A DNA stretch of 64,000 nucleotides. Origin: an uncultured Gemmatimonadota bacterium (lineage in GTDB: Bacteria; Gemmatimonadota; Gemmatimonadetes; Palauibacterales; Palauibacteraceae). Made by a program: the position numbers and the translations under genes. This document shows, piece by piece, positions 54,699 through 64,000 of the stretch. Under the pieces are notes generated by a model. It had not been told where the DNA came from. It worked only from the letters and a program-made list of their open reading frames with translations, and did no database searches. Numbering within the stretch: the first letter of the stretch is position 1; every line of letters starts with the position of its first letter. The stretch is from assembly GCA_964509895.1 (NCBI GenBank), contig CAZDZJ010000118.1:4207-68206 (forward strand). The letters are read 5' to 3'.

Positions 54699-55516
54699 TC
54701 GCGCCGGTGTGGGATCCCGACGATCTGGGCGCGCCGCCGCCCCCCGAGCGCGAGGAACCTGCGGGCACGCGCACCCGGCGGATCACCCGCCGCGGACGCC
54801 GCAAGCTCCTCCTGGCGCTCATGGCCGCCGCGATCGGCTTCTCCGTCCCCATCTGGGTGCCCCGCCTCCTTGCCACGCTGCCGGTGTTCCACATTACGGA
54901 CCTTGAGATCATCGGAGCGGAGCACGCCGCGGCCGAGGAGATCAGGCAGCTCGCCGCCGTCGCAGCGGATGCGTCCGTGTGGGATGACCTGGCCACCTGG
55001 GAGAATCGCGTGCGTGCCCATCCCATGGTGCGAGAGGCCACGGCTCGCCGGCGGGGCTTCAACGCACTCCAGATAGCCGTCGTGGAGCGGCGTCCGGTCG
55101 CCCTCGTGGCGACGCCCGAACTTCGTGCCGCGAGCGGAGATGGCTACATACTTCCCCTCGAAGCCTCCTCCGTGCCGCTGGACCTGCCGATCGTCCGCCA
55201 CCCGATCGAAACGGAGAACGGTTTCGTGACCGACCCCGAGATCCGCGAACTCATCCTTGCGCTGGAGCGCATGGATCGCACACGGAGCGACTTCCTGTCT
55301 CTCGTCTCTGAGGTCGGGCCGGCGGCGGAGGGCGGATACCGTTTCCTCCTCCTCCCGGGCGCCGGGGCCGACATCGTTCTGCTGCCGCGCGACGAACCCC
55401 TCCACGCCCTCGACCGGATCTCGATCGCGCTCGGTCAGATCGAGGACCGGCGCGTCGCGCGTGCAGACGCGCGCTTCAGAGGCCAGGTTGTTCTCACGCG
55501 CGTGGAGGAGCGATGA
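54695..55516 (+). CDS. ftsQ: Cell division protein FtsQ/DivIB
   Basis: Basic N-terminus, TM helix, POTRA (F.ITDLEI.G, HPMVREA..RR...N.LQI.VVER.PVA), and its position before ftsA. Confidence 0.85.
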   Translation: MIAPVWDPDDLGAPPPPEREEPAGTRTRRITRRGRRKLLLALMAAAIGFSVPIWVPRLLATLPVFHITDLEIIGAEHAAAEEIRQLAAVAADASVWDDLATWENRVRAHPMVREATARRRGFNALQIAVVERRPVALVATPELRAASGDGYILPLEASSVPLDLPIVRHPIETENGFVTDPEIRELILALERMDRTRSDFLSLVSEVGPAAEGGYRFLLLPGAGADIVLLPRDEPLHALDRISIALGQIEDRRVARADARFRGQVVLTRVEER

Positions 55517-56739
55517 TTCAGGGGGCGGGCATTGTAGGGGTGGATGTGGGATCGACGAAGACCTGTGCCGTCGTCGCCGCGGTGCACCCCGCCCGGAGCT
55601 CCACCGACCCGCTCGAGATCCTGGGCCTCGGTGTCACCCGCTCCGAGGGCATGCACGGTCCGCGCATCGGGAACATCGAGGCCGCGACCCTTGCCATCCG
55701 CACCGCCGTGCGACAGGCGGAAGCGATGGCCGGGCGCGAAGTCGAAGCCGCGTACGTGAGCGTGCCGAGCGAAAGCGTCCGCACGTCCCGGTCTAAGGGC
55801 GTACTTCAGGTCTCCGGCGGGGAGATCACGCCCGCGCACGTGAAGCGCGTGCAGGAAGTTGGCCGCGCCGTCCCGATCCCGCCCGGTCACGAGCTGATCC
55901 ATGCCCTGTCCCAGCGGTACGCCGTCGACGAACATAAGGGGATCCGGAACCCCGTCGGCATGGCCGGAACCCGGATCGAGGCGGATCTGTGCATCGTGAC
56001 GGCGGACATGGCGATTTGCCACGATCTGTCGAAGGTGGTCGATCGCGCCGGATACCGTCCGGACGAACTGGTCATGGCGCCCCTCGCCACGGCCCTCGCC
56101 GTGGTCGAGGATGCGGAGCGGGAAGCCGGCGTGGCCCTGGTCGAGATCGGAGGCGCGACGACCGACGTGCTCGTGTTCGGAGGACACCGCATCCTGCACG
56201 CAGCGACGCTGCCCTGGGGCGGGTCCATCGTGACGCGGGATATCGCCCGTGGCCTGGGGATCCACGAGGATGCGGCCGCGCAACTCAAGGAGCGACACGG
56301 CAGTGCGTTGCGCGGTGAGGCCGATCCGCAGGAGCTTCTCGACGTCTCCGGAGGTCGCCACGGACCCGCCCGACGTGTGTCACGCGAGTTGCTGGTGCAC
56401 ATTATCGAACAACGGCTGGATGAAGTGCTGGGACTGGTGTACGAAGAACTGGAGGCGAGCGGAACCCTGGGTGGACTGGAGGCGGGAATCGTGCTGAGCG
56501 GCGGCGGAGTATCGCTCGCGCACACGGAAGATCTGGCTCGTTCCGTCTTCAACCTGCCCGTTCGCACGGGCTTGCCTTCACTCGGGCTCACCGGGATGGC
56601 GGACAGCGTCGCCCGTCCGTCCTACAGCACGGCCGTCGGGCTGGTGCTGTACGGCGCGTCGCGGGCCCCGGCCGGAGGGTTGGTGGGAGCGACGCGCGCA
56701 TTCGCAAGAGTCGGCGGGTGGCTACGGGAGCTTTTCTGA
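55513..56739 (+). CDS. ftsA: Cell division protein FtsA
   Basis: [67 protein letters not shown]. Confidence 0.96.
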   Translation: MIQGAGIVGVDVGSTKTCAVVAAVHPARSSTDPLEILGLGVTRSEGMHGPRIGNIEAATLAIRTAVRQAEAMAGREVEAAYVSVPSESVRTSRSKGVLQVSGGEITPAHVKRVQEVGRAVPIPPGHELIHALSQRYAVDEHKGIRNPVGMAGTRIEADLCIVTADMAICHDLSKVVDRAGYRPDELVMAPLATALAVVEDAEREAGVALVEIGGATTDVLVFGGHRILHAATLPWGGSIVTRDIARGLGIHEDAAAQLKERHGSALRGEADPQELLDVSGGRHGPARRVSRELLVHIIEQRLDEVLGLVYEELEASGTLGGLEAGIVLSGGGVSLAHTEDLARSVFNLPVRTGLPSLGLTGMADSVARPSYSTAVGLVLYGASRAPAGGLVGATRAFARVGGWLRELF

Positions 56740-56756
56740 CGGGAGGAGCGGGACAC

Positions 56757-58172
56757 ATGGTCTTTGCATTCGACGAAAACGGCGCTCGGAACGCCAAGAT
56801 GAAGGTCGTCGGCGTGGGTGGCGCCGGGGGCAATGCGGTGAACCGAATGATCGACGAGGAACTCGATGGCGTGGAGTTCATCGCGGTCAACACCGACGCC
56901 CAGGCGCTGAAGGAGTCCGGCGCCCACCTCCGGCTCCAGATCGGCAAGGAACTGACGCGAGGTCTCGGAGCCGGCGCCCGCCCGGAGATCGGGCGGCAGG
57001 CGATCTCCGAGAGCCGCGAGGAAATGCGAGCGGTGATGGCGGGCGCGGATCTCGTCTTCGTCACGGCCGGGATGGGTGGAGGCACAGGCACGGGCGCGGC
57101 TCCCATCATTGGCGCGATGGCCCGCGAGATGGGATCGCTCTGCATCGCGATCGTGACCCGTCCCTTCCACTTCGAGGGCAAGAAGAGGAAGCGGCACGCG
57201 GAGCTCGGGCTGCGAGATCTTCGGCGCGCCGTGGACACGATGATCGTCGTCCCGAACGAGCGCCTGCTCGCCGTCGTGGGGAAAGAGATGACCTTCCGTG
57301 AGGCGCTCAAGAAGGCGGACGACGTTCTGCTCCAGGCAACCCAGGGTATCTCCGACCTCATCTCCGTAACGGGTGAGGTGAACGTGGATTTCGCGGACGT
57401 CCGGACCGTGATGTCCAACCGGGGGGCCGCCCTCATGGGAACGGGGAGCGCGACGGGCGACGACCGGGCGGTGGAGGCGGCGCAGCAGGCCATTTGCTCG
57501 CCTCTGCTCGACAACGTATCCATCAACGGAGCCACCGGCGTCCTCATCAACATCAGCGGCGGCCCGGACCTGACGATCGACGAAGTAACGACCGTCAACT
57601 CGATCATTCAGGAGGCCGCGGGGGACGAGGGCGAGATGATCTTCGGCGTCGTGAACGATCCGCAGCTCGAAGGCGGGCTCCGCGTGACCGTGATCGCGAC
57701 GGGCTTCGGAGACGCGGAAGACGACGAAGAGCCGGTGCCCGTGGCGGAGCGGGTGATCCCGGCGGAGAAGCCACAGCCCGAGCCGCCCCGCCCCGCCCCG
57801 CCGCCGGTCGCGATCGGCTCGATGTACGAGGGTCCGCGGATCTTCGACGAACCCGCGGCGGAGCCGGTCCGGCCGGAACCCGAACCCGTCGAAGCAGCCC
57901 TGGAGAGGAAGCAGGCGGGCATCGCGTTCGAGGCGCTGGCGGCCGAGGAGCCCGAGCCGACGGCCTCGGAAGGGCCGACGTTCGAGGTGATGGAGTACGA
58001 GGGCGAACCCGGGGCGCCGGAGCCGGTGCCCGAAGAGGCGACGCCGGAGGCGGAGCCTGAAGCGGCCGCCGGCGTGGAGTCCGAAGTGCCGCATCGGGAC
58101 TCGTGGACCGACGCACGCGCCGAGTTCGAGGATCTTGAGATCCCGACCTTCATACGGCGGCAGATGGACTGA
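56757..58172 (+). CDS. ftsZ: Cell division protein FtsZ
   Basis: [42 protein letters not shown] (tubulin signature), VNVDFADV, C-terminal peptide [13 protein letters not shown]. Confidence 0.98.
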   Translation: MVFAFDENGARNAKMKVVGVGGAGGNAVNRMIDEELDGVEFIAVNTDAQALKESGAHLRLQIGKELTRGLGAGARPEIGRQAISESREEMRAVMAGADLVFVTAGMGGGTGTGAAPIIGAMAREMGSLCIAIVTRPFHFEGKKRKRHAELGLRDLRRAVDTMIVVPNERLLAVVGKEMTFREALKKADDVLLQATQGISDLISVTGEVNVDFADVRTVMSNRGAALMGTGSATGDDRAVEAAQQAICSPLLDNVSINGATGVLINISGGPDLTIDEVTTVNSIIQEAAGDEGEMIFGVVNDPQLEGGLRVTVIATGFGDAEDDEEPVPVAERVIPAEKPQPEPPRPAPPPVAIGSMYEGPRIFDEPAAEPVRPEPEPVEAALERKQAGIAFEALAAEEPEPTASEGPTFEVMEYEGEPGAPEPVPEEATPEAEPEAAAGVESEVPHRDSWTDARAEFEDLEIPTFIRRQMD

Positions 58173-59462
58173 GTGCGCTTGAAGACAAGACTGGTCATAG
58201 CTGCCGGGTTCGCCTTCGCGGGCGTCCTGCTCCTCGGTCGGGCCGCCTTCGGTCCCGGCGGAGAGCAGGCGGCGGACGTAAGGGTCGTCGAGGTGCCGAC
58301 GCCCCCCGCGCCCATCACGCTCGTGCACCGTCTGCAGTGGGGCGAGACGCTGGGCGGCGTGTTCGCGGACCATGGCCTGGATCCCGCCGAGACGCACGCG
58401 ATCGTCGAGGCGATGGGCGAATTCGAGAGTCCACGCAGGCTGCGCCCCGGCGTCACGATTCACTTCGTGAGCACGCCCGGTGAGTCTCCGGCCCGGATCC
58501 GCGTCGACCTCGATCCCGACCGCATCCTCCACCTGTGGCCCGAAGTGGAAGCCGGGTCTCTGTGGCTGGCGCGGCTGGATTCCGTGCAGGTCGTACGCGA
58601 CACGCTTCTCCTCGCGGGCCTCATTCGGACCAACCTCTTCGACGCCGAGTTGCTGGGCGATGCGGAGGGGCTGAGCGAGGGGGACCGCTTCGATGTGGCG
58701 TACCGGCTGTCGCAGGTCTTCCAGTGGCAGATCGATTTCTGGCGCGACCTCCGGCGGAACGACGCGTACCGCATCCTCATCGAGCGCGACGTGCGGCCGG
58801 ATGGATCCGTGCGGGATGCCAAGGTGCTCGCCGCGGATTTCCGTAACGACCAGAGGGTCCTGACGGGATTGCGATTCGAGCATGGAGCGGACGGTCGGGT
58901 CGAGTACTACGACGAAGCGGGCGACGCCCTCCGGGGCCAGTTCCTGCTCGCGCCCCTGGACATCGTGCGTGTAACGAGCGGCTTCAACCTCAGACGGTTC
59001 CATCCGATCCTGAGGCGCACCCGACCGCACCTCGGCGTCGACTATGGAGCGAGGAGGGGCACCCCCGTGCGGGCGACGGGAGCGGGACGCGTGACCCGGG
59101 CCGGGTGGTGGGGCAACTACGGGAACGCCGTCGAGGTTCGTCATGCGAACAACATCCGGACCCGCTACGCCCACCTGACCAACGTCGCGGGCGGCGTTGC
59201 CGCCGGCACCCAGGTGGAGCAGGGGCAGGTCGTCGGGTATGTAGGCGACACCGGTCTCGCCACCGCGCCTCATCTCCACTACGAGTTCCTCCTGAACGGG
59301 GCGCAGGTGAACCCGGCCCGCCTGCAGTTGCCGAGAGCCGAGCCCGTCCCCGCTGAAATGCGCGAGCGGTTTGCGGAGGTTCAGCAGGTTGTGCTGTCCC
59401 GTTTGCGAAGCCTGCCGCTACCCACCCATCCCGCGCTGCGCGCTCGCCGCACACAGGATTGA
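58173..59462 (+). CDS. M23 family peptidoglycan endopeptidase (MepM/Csd-like) with N-terminal anchor and LysM/OapA-like segment
   Basis: HPIL.R.RPHLGVDYGA..GTPV.A (HxxxD), YGN.V.VRH, TRYAHL, V.QGQVVGYVG.TG.ATAPHLHYE (HxH). Confidence 0.9.
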   Translation: MRLKTRLVIAAGFAFAGVLLLGRAAFGPGGEQAADVRVVEVPTPPAPITLVHRLQWGETLGGVFADHGLDPAETHAIVEAMGEFESPRRLRPGVTIHFVSTPGESPARIRVDLDPDRILHLWPEVEAGSLWLARLDSVQVVRDTLLLAGLIRTNLFDAELLGDAEGLSEGDRFDVAYRLSQVFQWQIDFWRDLRRNDAYRILIERDVRPDGSVRDAKVLAADFRNDQRVLTGLRFEHGADGRVEYYDEAGDALRGQFLLAPLDIVRVTSGFNLRRFHPILRRTRPHLGVDYGARRGTPVRATGAGRVTRAGWWGNYGNAVEVRHANNIRTRYAHLTNVAGGVAAGTQVEQGQVVGYVGDTGLATAPHLHYEFLLNGAQVNPARLQLPRAEPVPAEMRERFAEVQQVVLSRLRSLPLPTHPALRARRTQD

Positions 59463-61417
59463 GCCCCGGCCTCTGGCTTCTCGTCGCGCTGGCCGCGCTC
59501 GCGCTCGCCGGCTGGGCCTATGGCACGCGTGAGGAGCGGGTCGCGGGACGCGGCGGCCCCGCCGCGGTCCGGGCCGCGGCCGTATTCCTGATCCTCGGTG
59601 CCCTCGCGCTGCCCGCACTGCGGGACAGCGGGGTCGGAGTGCCCGAACGCGTCGTTCTCGTCGACGTCTCGCGCAGCATGGGGCTGCCCGTCCGTGCCGG
59701 AGTCGTCACGGGGCCGACGCGACTCGACTCGGCCCTCGCCCTCCTCCCCGAACTCGCCCCGGACCGGGTCTACCTGTTCGGAGACGGCCCCGTCCCCGCG
59801 CGACTCGACTCCCTGGACGCGCTCGCTGCCGAGCACGATGCGAGCCGGCTCGCACCGGCGCTGCAGGCCGCGCGCCTGGGCGGCGCCGACAGCGTCCGGG
59901 TGCTCACCGACGGCGAGTTGACGGACCGCGCCGCCGCCGTGGAGGCGGCCGAGGGACTGGGGCTCGGGGTGCGTGAGCTTCGCGTCGCCGCGGCCGGGCC
60001 CCGGGTGGCGCTCGCGGCGCTGCGGGCGCCGGAACGGGCGCGGGCCGGTGACACCGTCCGCGCCACGCTCGAGTTTCACGCCGCCGGCGGACCGGCAGGC
60101 GGCGCGAGCGAACTGCCGGACACCATCAGCTTCCAGCTGGAGCGCGACGGAGATGTCGTTGCGGCCGTGCGGGCGCCCCGCCCCGCCGCCGGGCGGACGG
60201 GCCGCGCCGAAATCAGCTTCGTGCCGCGAGAGGAAGGCGAGCGGCCCGCCTGGCGGCGCTACGAAGCGGTACTCACCGATCCGCCGGACCCCTTCGGTGT
60301 CTCCGGCCGCGCGGCCGCCTGGATCGAAGTCTCGGAGTCGTCCGCCGGGGCGGTCGTCGTGTCGCTGGCCCCGGACTGGGAGGCGCGCTTTCTCGTCCCG
60401 GCGCTCGACCGGCTCGTTCTGGGAGGTGCGCGCGGCTACCTGCGCCTCGCCGATGACCGCTTCCTCGAAATGGGCGCGGCCCCCCGCATCGTGGAGGCGG
60501 CGCGCGTGCGCGAAGCGGTGCGGGGCGCCCGGCTGCTCGCGGTCCAGGCCGCGCCCGGGGATCTCCCGCCGTGGCTGGCGGACGCGCTGAGCGCCCACGC
60601 GCGGACACTCTTCCTCGCCGAGGGACCCGGCGACGTGCCGGGGGCGGGGGCGCGCATGATGGGCCCGCTCCCCGGGGAGTGGTACGCCGCCGGACCGGTG
60701 CCCTCGAGCCCATCCGCGGCCCTCCTCGCCGAAGCCGATCTGGATCTGCTGCCCCCCGTCCGCGAACTCTACGCCGTGGAGCCTCCGGGGCGCTGGTCGG
60801 TGATCAACGCGAGCCGGAACCGGCGCGGAGAAGGGAGGTCCCTCCTCACCGCGGGAGAGGACGGAGCGCGCCGCTGGGCACTCTCCGCCGCTTCGGACTG
60901 GTGGCGTTGGTCGCTGCGCGGGAACGAGCCGCGCCGGGTCTACGAGGGGGTCTTCAGCGGCATCGTCGGCTGGCTCGTCGAGGACGCCACGCCCCGGCTC
61001 GCCTCGCTCGCACGGGCGCCGGCCCCCGGGGAACCGCCGGTGTGGCGGATCCGTCCCGGATCCTCCGACCTCACGATCCGGCTGCTCGACGAAGCGGGCT
61101 CCGAGGTGTGGGCCGACTCGGCGGCGGACCCCGCGGCCGAAATCACGGGCCCCGTCCTCCCCCTCGGACGGTACGAGGCGGTCGTGACGGCGACCGGCCC
61201 GGAGGGATCCGTCGAACTCCGGCGCCCCGTCGACGTCGAACCCGACCTCCGCGAATTCCTCCCCCGACCGCCGTCGGAACCGCTGGCCATCGAGGCGCAG
61301 CCATCGCCCGGGGGGCCGGTCGAGGTCCGCTCCCCCCGTCCCGTGTGGCCCTTCCTCCTCGCCGTCCTCCTCCTCTGCGGCGAGTGGGTGTGGCGGCACC
61401 GGATCGGGCTCCGGTGA
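59459..61417 (+). CDS. Membrane protein with VWA-like domain (N- and C-terminal TM anchors)
   Basis: Two N-terminal TM helices, VVLVDVSRSM (DxSxS), VLTDG, Ig-like central part, and C-terminal WPFLLAVLLLCGEW.WR.R.GL. Confidence 0.75.
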   Translation: MSPGLWLLVALAALALAGWAYGTREERVAGRGGPAAVRAAAVFLILGALALPALRDSGVGVPERVVLVDVSRSMGLPVRAGVVTGPTRLDSALALLPELAPDRVYLFGDGPVPARLDSLDALAAEHDASRLAPALQAARLGGADSVRVLTDGELTDRAAAVEAAEGLGLGVRELRVAAAGPRVALAALRAPERARAGDTVRATLEFHAAGGPAGGASELPDTISFQLERDGDVVAAVRAPRPAAGRTGRAEISFVPREEGERPAWRRYEAVLTDPPDPFGVSGRAAAWIEVSESSAGAVVVSLAPDWEARFLVPALDRLVLGGARGYLRLADDRFLEMGAAPRIVEAARVREAVRGARLLAVQAAPGDLPPWLADALSAHARTLFLAEGPGDVPGAGARMMGPLPGEWYAAGPVPSSPSAALLAEADLDLLPPVRELYAVEPPGRWSVINASRNRRGEGRSLLTAGEDGARRWALSAASDWWRWSLRGNEPRRVYEGVFSGIVGWLVEDATPRLASLARAPAPGEPPVWRIRPGSSDLTIRLLDEAGSEVWADSAADPAAEITGPVLPLGRYEAVVTATGPEGSVELRRPVDVEPDLREFLPRPPSEPLAIEAQPSPGGPVEVRSPRPVWPFLLAVLLLCGEWVWRHRIGLR

Positions 61418-62355
61418 CCGGGACCCTCCGCCGCCCGAAGCTGGGCCTGTGGCGGCGGATCGTCGACTTCGCGCTGACGGACGTCAACGCGCTCGTCGAC
61501 GGGCGCCTCGACGGATCCGCCATCGAACGCATGGAGGAGGTCCTGCTCGAGGCGGACTTCGGGGTCGACATCACACTGGAGCTCATCGAAGCGCTGGAGA
61601 GGTCGACGAGCCGTGGCGAGATCGGGACGGAAGACGATCTGAGGGCACTGCTCCGGGCCAGGCTGGCCGAGATTCTCGCCGCCGCGGAGCCCCCCGCCGG
61701 CGGGCTGCCCCCCAACTCGCCTCGCCGGGGGGAGGGGCCGGGGATCCTCCTGATCGTCGGCGTCAACGGCGTGGGGAAGACAACGACGGCGGCGAAGCTT
61801 GCCGCGCGCTTCCAGGCGGGAGGCGAACGCGTGCTGCTCGCCGCGGCGGACACCTTCCGCGCGGGGGCGCAGGAGCAGCTCCGGGCGTGGGCGGAACGGC
61901 TGCAGGCCGGTTTCGTGGGGGGCACGCCCGGAGCGGACCCGGCCTCCGTGGCGTTCGACGCGGTGGCGGCGGCGCGCGCCCGCGGTGTCGCCTGGGTGCT
62001 CGTCGACACGGCTGGCCGACTCCATACGCAGGACGACCTGATGCGCGAACTCGTCAAGATCGACCGAGTGCTCGGCCGGCAGGCAGAGGGCGCGCCGTAC
62101 GAACGGCTGCTCGTCGTCGACGCCACCTCCGGCCAGAACGTGACGAACCAGGCGCGACAGTTCGGGACGTCGCTCGAACTCACGGGCCTCGTGCTCGCGA
62201 AGTTCGACAGCACCGCGCGCGCCGGGACCGTCGTCTCCGTCGTCCGCGAACTTGCCGTCCCGGTCCGCTTCCTCGGTGTCGGCGAGTCCCCGGAGGATCT
62301 CGAGGCGTTCTCCCCGGATCGATATCTCGACAAGATCTTCGCGCCGGAGCCTTGA
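61414..62355 (+). CDS. ftsY: Signal recognition particle receptor FtsY (NG domain only)
   Basis: From the tail of ORF 60571..62355: LLEADFG, VGVNGVGKTTT.AKLA, AADTFRAGA.EQL, VDTAGRL, VVDATSGQN, PVRFLGVGE..EDL..F. GTG 61414 overlaps the upstream stop. Confidence 0.94.
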   Translation: MTGTLRRPKLGLWRRIVDFALTDVNALVDGRLDGSAIERMEEVLLEADFGVDITLELIEALERSTSRGEIGTEDDLRALLRARLAEILAAAEPPAGGLPPNSPRRGEGPGILLIVGVNGVGKTTTAAKLAARFQAGGERVLLAAADTFRAGAQEQLRAWAERLQAGFVGGTPGADPASVAFDAVAAARARGVAWVLVDTAGRLHTQDDLMRELVKIDRVLGRQAEGAPYERLLVVDATSGQNVTNQARQFGTSLELTGLVLAKFDSTARAGTVVSVVRELAVPVRFLGVGESPEDLEAFSPDRYLDKIFAPEP

Positions 62356-62359
62356 TCCC

Positions 62360-64000
62360 GTGACGTCCGCGCGCTCCATCCTGAAGGGGTCCGTGCAGTA
62401 CCTGAAGGGCGTGGGCCCGAGACGGGCGGAGCGTTTCGCGAAGCTGGGCGTTCGCACGGGGCAGGACCTCCTCTATCACCTTCCGTACAGGTACGAGGAC
62501 GCGACGACGGTCGATGCGATCTCGGAACTGAAAGTTGGCCAGGATGCGACCGTCATCGGGCGGGTGGTGTCGAAGGGCGTCATCCCCACGCGGCGCCGGC
62601 TGCGCGTCTTCCGGGCGGTGATCCGGGACCGCAGCGGCCACATCGAATGCGCATGGCCGGGACGACCGTGGCTGGACCGAACGATCGACAGGGGCGATCT
62701 GCTCCTCGCCTCCGGGCCCGTGCGCTTCTACCACGGCCGCCAGCTCCAGCCGCGCGAACACACCGTGCTGGCGCGGGCCTCCGACGAGAGGGACGGCCCC
62801 GGGGACAAACCCGCCGAGGATCGCCCCGCCGCGGGGCGCGTGTTTCCGGTCTATCCGGCCACCGAGGGGCTCACGCACCGGCAGATCCGCGCCGTGGTCG
62901 CGCTTAATCTCGACCGCCTCCTCGCCGACCTCGATGGCAACGACCCCGTTCCGGACGACTGGCTCGAGGAACTCTCGCTCCCGCCGCTCGCCGAGGCTCT
63001 GCGCACGCTGCACCAACCGTCCGCCGTCTCCCGGGTCGAGCGCTGCCAGCGGCGCCTCGCCTTCGAGGAACTGTTCTTCCTCCAGCTGCTTCACGCCCGG
63101 GCCCGGGCGCGTCTCCGCCATGAGGTTCGCGGCATCGCCTTCGACGCCGCGCCCACCCTCACGAACGCCCTCCTGAACGGACTCCCCTTCCGTCTCACCG
63201 GGGCACAGCGCCGCGCCTGGGGTGACATCGAAGCGGACATGGGGCGGGCGGCGCCCATGAACCGCCTGCTCCAGGGCGATGTCGGGAGCGGCAAGACGGT
63301 TGTGGCCGCCCTCGCCATGCTCAAGGCGATCGAGGCGGGACACCAGGCGGCGATCATGGCCCCGACGGAGCTTCTCGCCGAGCAGCACCAGCGCACGTTC
63401 GTGAAGCTGCTCGAACCGCTGGGCCTGGAGCCTGTGCTCCTCACCGGCTCCGTCACCGGGAAGGCGCGGCAGCAGGCACTGGCCGGCATCGCCGACGGCA
63501 GCGCCCGGCTCGTGGTCGGAACACATGCCCTGATCCAGGGAGGGGTGGATTTCGCGTCGCCGGGGCTCGTCGTCATCGACGAACAGCACCGCTTCGGCGT
63601 CGAGCAGCGCCGCCGGCTGCGCGAGAGCGGCGAAGCCGCCGACGCCCTCGTGATGTCGGCGACGCCCATCCCGCGCAGCCTCGCCCTCGTCCTCTACGGC
63701 GACCTCGACCTCTCCGTCATCGACGAACTCCCGCCGGGCCGGCGACCGATCCGCACGGCCGTGCGCGGTCCGGAGAGCCGCGACGCCGCCTTCGATTTCC
63801 TCGGCGACCAGCTCGCCGCCGGCCGCCAGGCATACGTCGTCTATCCTCTCGTCGAGGAGTCCGAGGCTCTCGAGGCGCGCGCCGCGACCGTCATGTTCGA
63901 ACAGCTCCAGGCCCGCTTCCCGGACCTCACGGTACGCCTGCTTCACGGACGCCTCTCCTCGGCGGAGAAGGACGACGTGATGCGGAGCTTCCTGGCCGGC
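62360..64000 (+). CDS. recG: ATP-dependent DNA helicase RecG (runs off the right edge of the window)
   Basis: Hand translation from GTG 62360: SVQYLKGVGP.RA..F.KLG, DLLYHLPYRYED, RRLAFEELF, RLLQGDVGSGKT, MAPTELLAEQH, DEQHRFGV.QR, MSATPIPRSL. Confidence 0.95.
   Translation, partial: MTSARSILKGSVQYLKGVGPRRAERFAKLGVRTGQDLLYHLPYRYEDATTVDAISELKVGQDATVIGRVVSKGVIPTRRRLRVFRAVIRDRSGHIECAWPGRPWLDRTIDRGDLLLASGPVRFYHGRQLQPREHTVLARASDERDGPGDKPAEDRPAAGRVFPVYPATEGLTHRQIRAVVALNLDRLLADLDGNDPVPDDWLEELSLPPLAEALRTLHQPSAVSRVERCQRRLAFEELFFLQLLHARARARLRHEVRGIAFDAAPTLTNALLNGLPFRLTGAQRRAWGDIEADMGRAAPMNRLLQGDVGSGKTVVAALAMLKAIEAGHQAAIMAPTELLAEQHQRTFVKLLEPLGLEPVLLTGSVTGKARQQALAGIADGSARLVVGTHALIQGGVDFASPGLVVIDEQHRFGVEQRRRLRESGEAADALVMSATPIPRSLALVLYGDLDLSVIDELPPGRRPIRTAVRGPESRDAAFDFLGDQLAAGRQAYVVYPLVEESEALEARAATVMFEQLQARFPDLTVRLLHGRLSSAEKDDVMRSFLAG

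Noticed and set aside
61449-62363. 304-aa plus-strand ORF in the ftsY position
   Set aside because: Shadow frame (Arg/Gly/Pro-rich); the FtsY motifs are in the frame of ORF 60571..62355.
20717-63946. Many long antisense ORFs (e.g. 20717..22726, 31249..33384, 56622..59279, 59381..61399, 62180..63946)
   Set aside because: They lie opposite well-supported genes, have no motifs, and are expected from stop-codon scarcity in high-GC DNA.
1-64000. CRISPR array, rRNA, transposase/integrase, prophage or defence genes; frameshifted pseudogenes
   Set aside because: No regularly spaced repeats or such motifs were seen, and all recognised genes appear full length apart from the two cut by the window edges.

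Overview
High-GC bacterial chromosomal segment, almost entirely coding and mostly housekeeping. Gene order is consistent with a Gemmatimonadota-like diderm, but this is inference and cannot be confirmed here. Blocks in order: (1) an envelope/efflux operon (RND adaptor, Yip1, secreted hypothetical), comM/yifB, pabA/trpG, thpR, aldehyde dehydrogenase, lepB and an atypical sigma-70 factor; (2) rplM-rpsI-rpsB-tsf-pyrH-frr-orf-tilS-hpt-ftsH-folP-cdaA; (3) exbB-exbD-exbD-tonB; (4) yggS-divIVA-ileS-dksA/traR-lspA-RluA; (5) tRNA-Val(TAC), copD, M20 carbamoylase, omega-aminotransferase, lipoprotein, acyltransferase and carboxylate-amine ligase; (6) hup and orphan CoxD/CoxE/CoxG-like genes; (7) a TPR protein and a dcw cluster from mraZ to ftsZ, extended by an M23 peptidase, a VWA membrane protein, ftsY and recG (cut by the window end). 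No transposase, integrase, rRNA or CRISPR array was seen. The best leads for something undescribed are a family of short CTAG-bounded palindromic elements sitting on amber stop codons (3717-3824, 28877-28946, possibly 44587-44672, plus a solo end at 5065-5079), an IleRS2 with a GVHH motif instead of HIGH, a sigma-70 factor lacking region 3, probable CTG starts at coupled junctions, leaderless genes, and a head-to-head gene pair whose start codons overlap. All counts and alignments were done by eye. Start codons that differ from the ORF track are my choices, based on SD sites, gene overlaps and protein-family N-termini.
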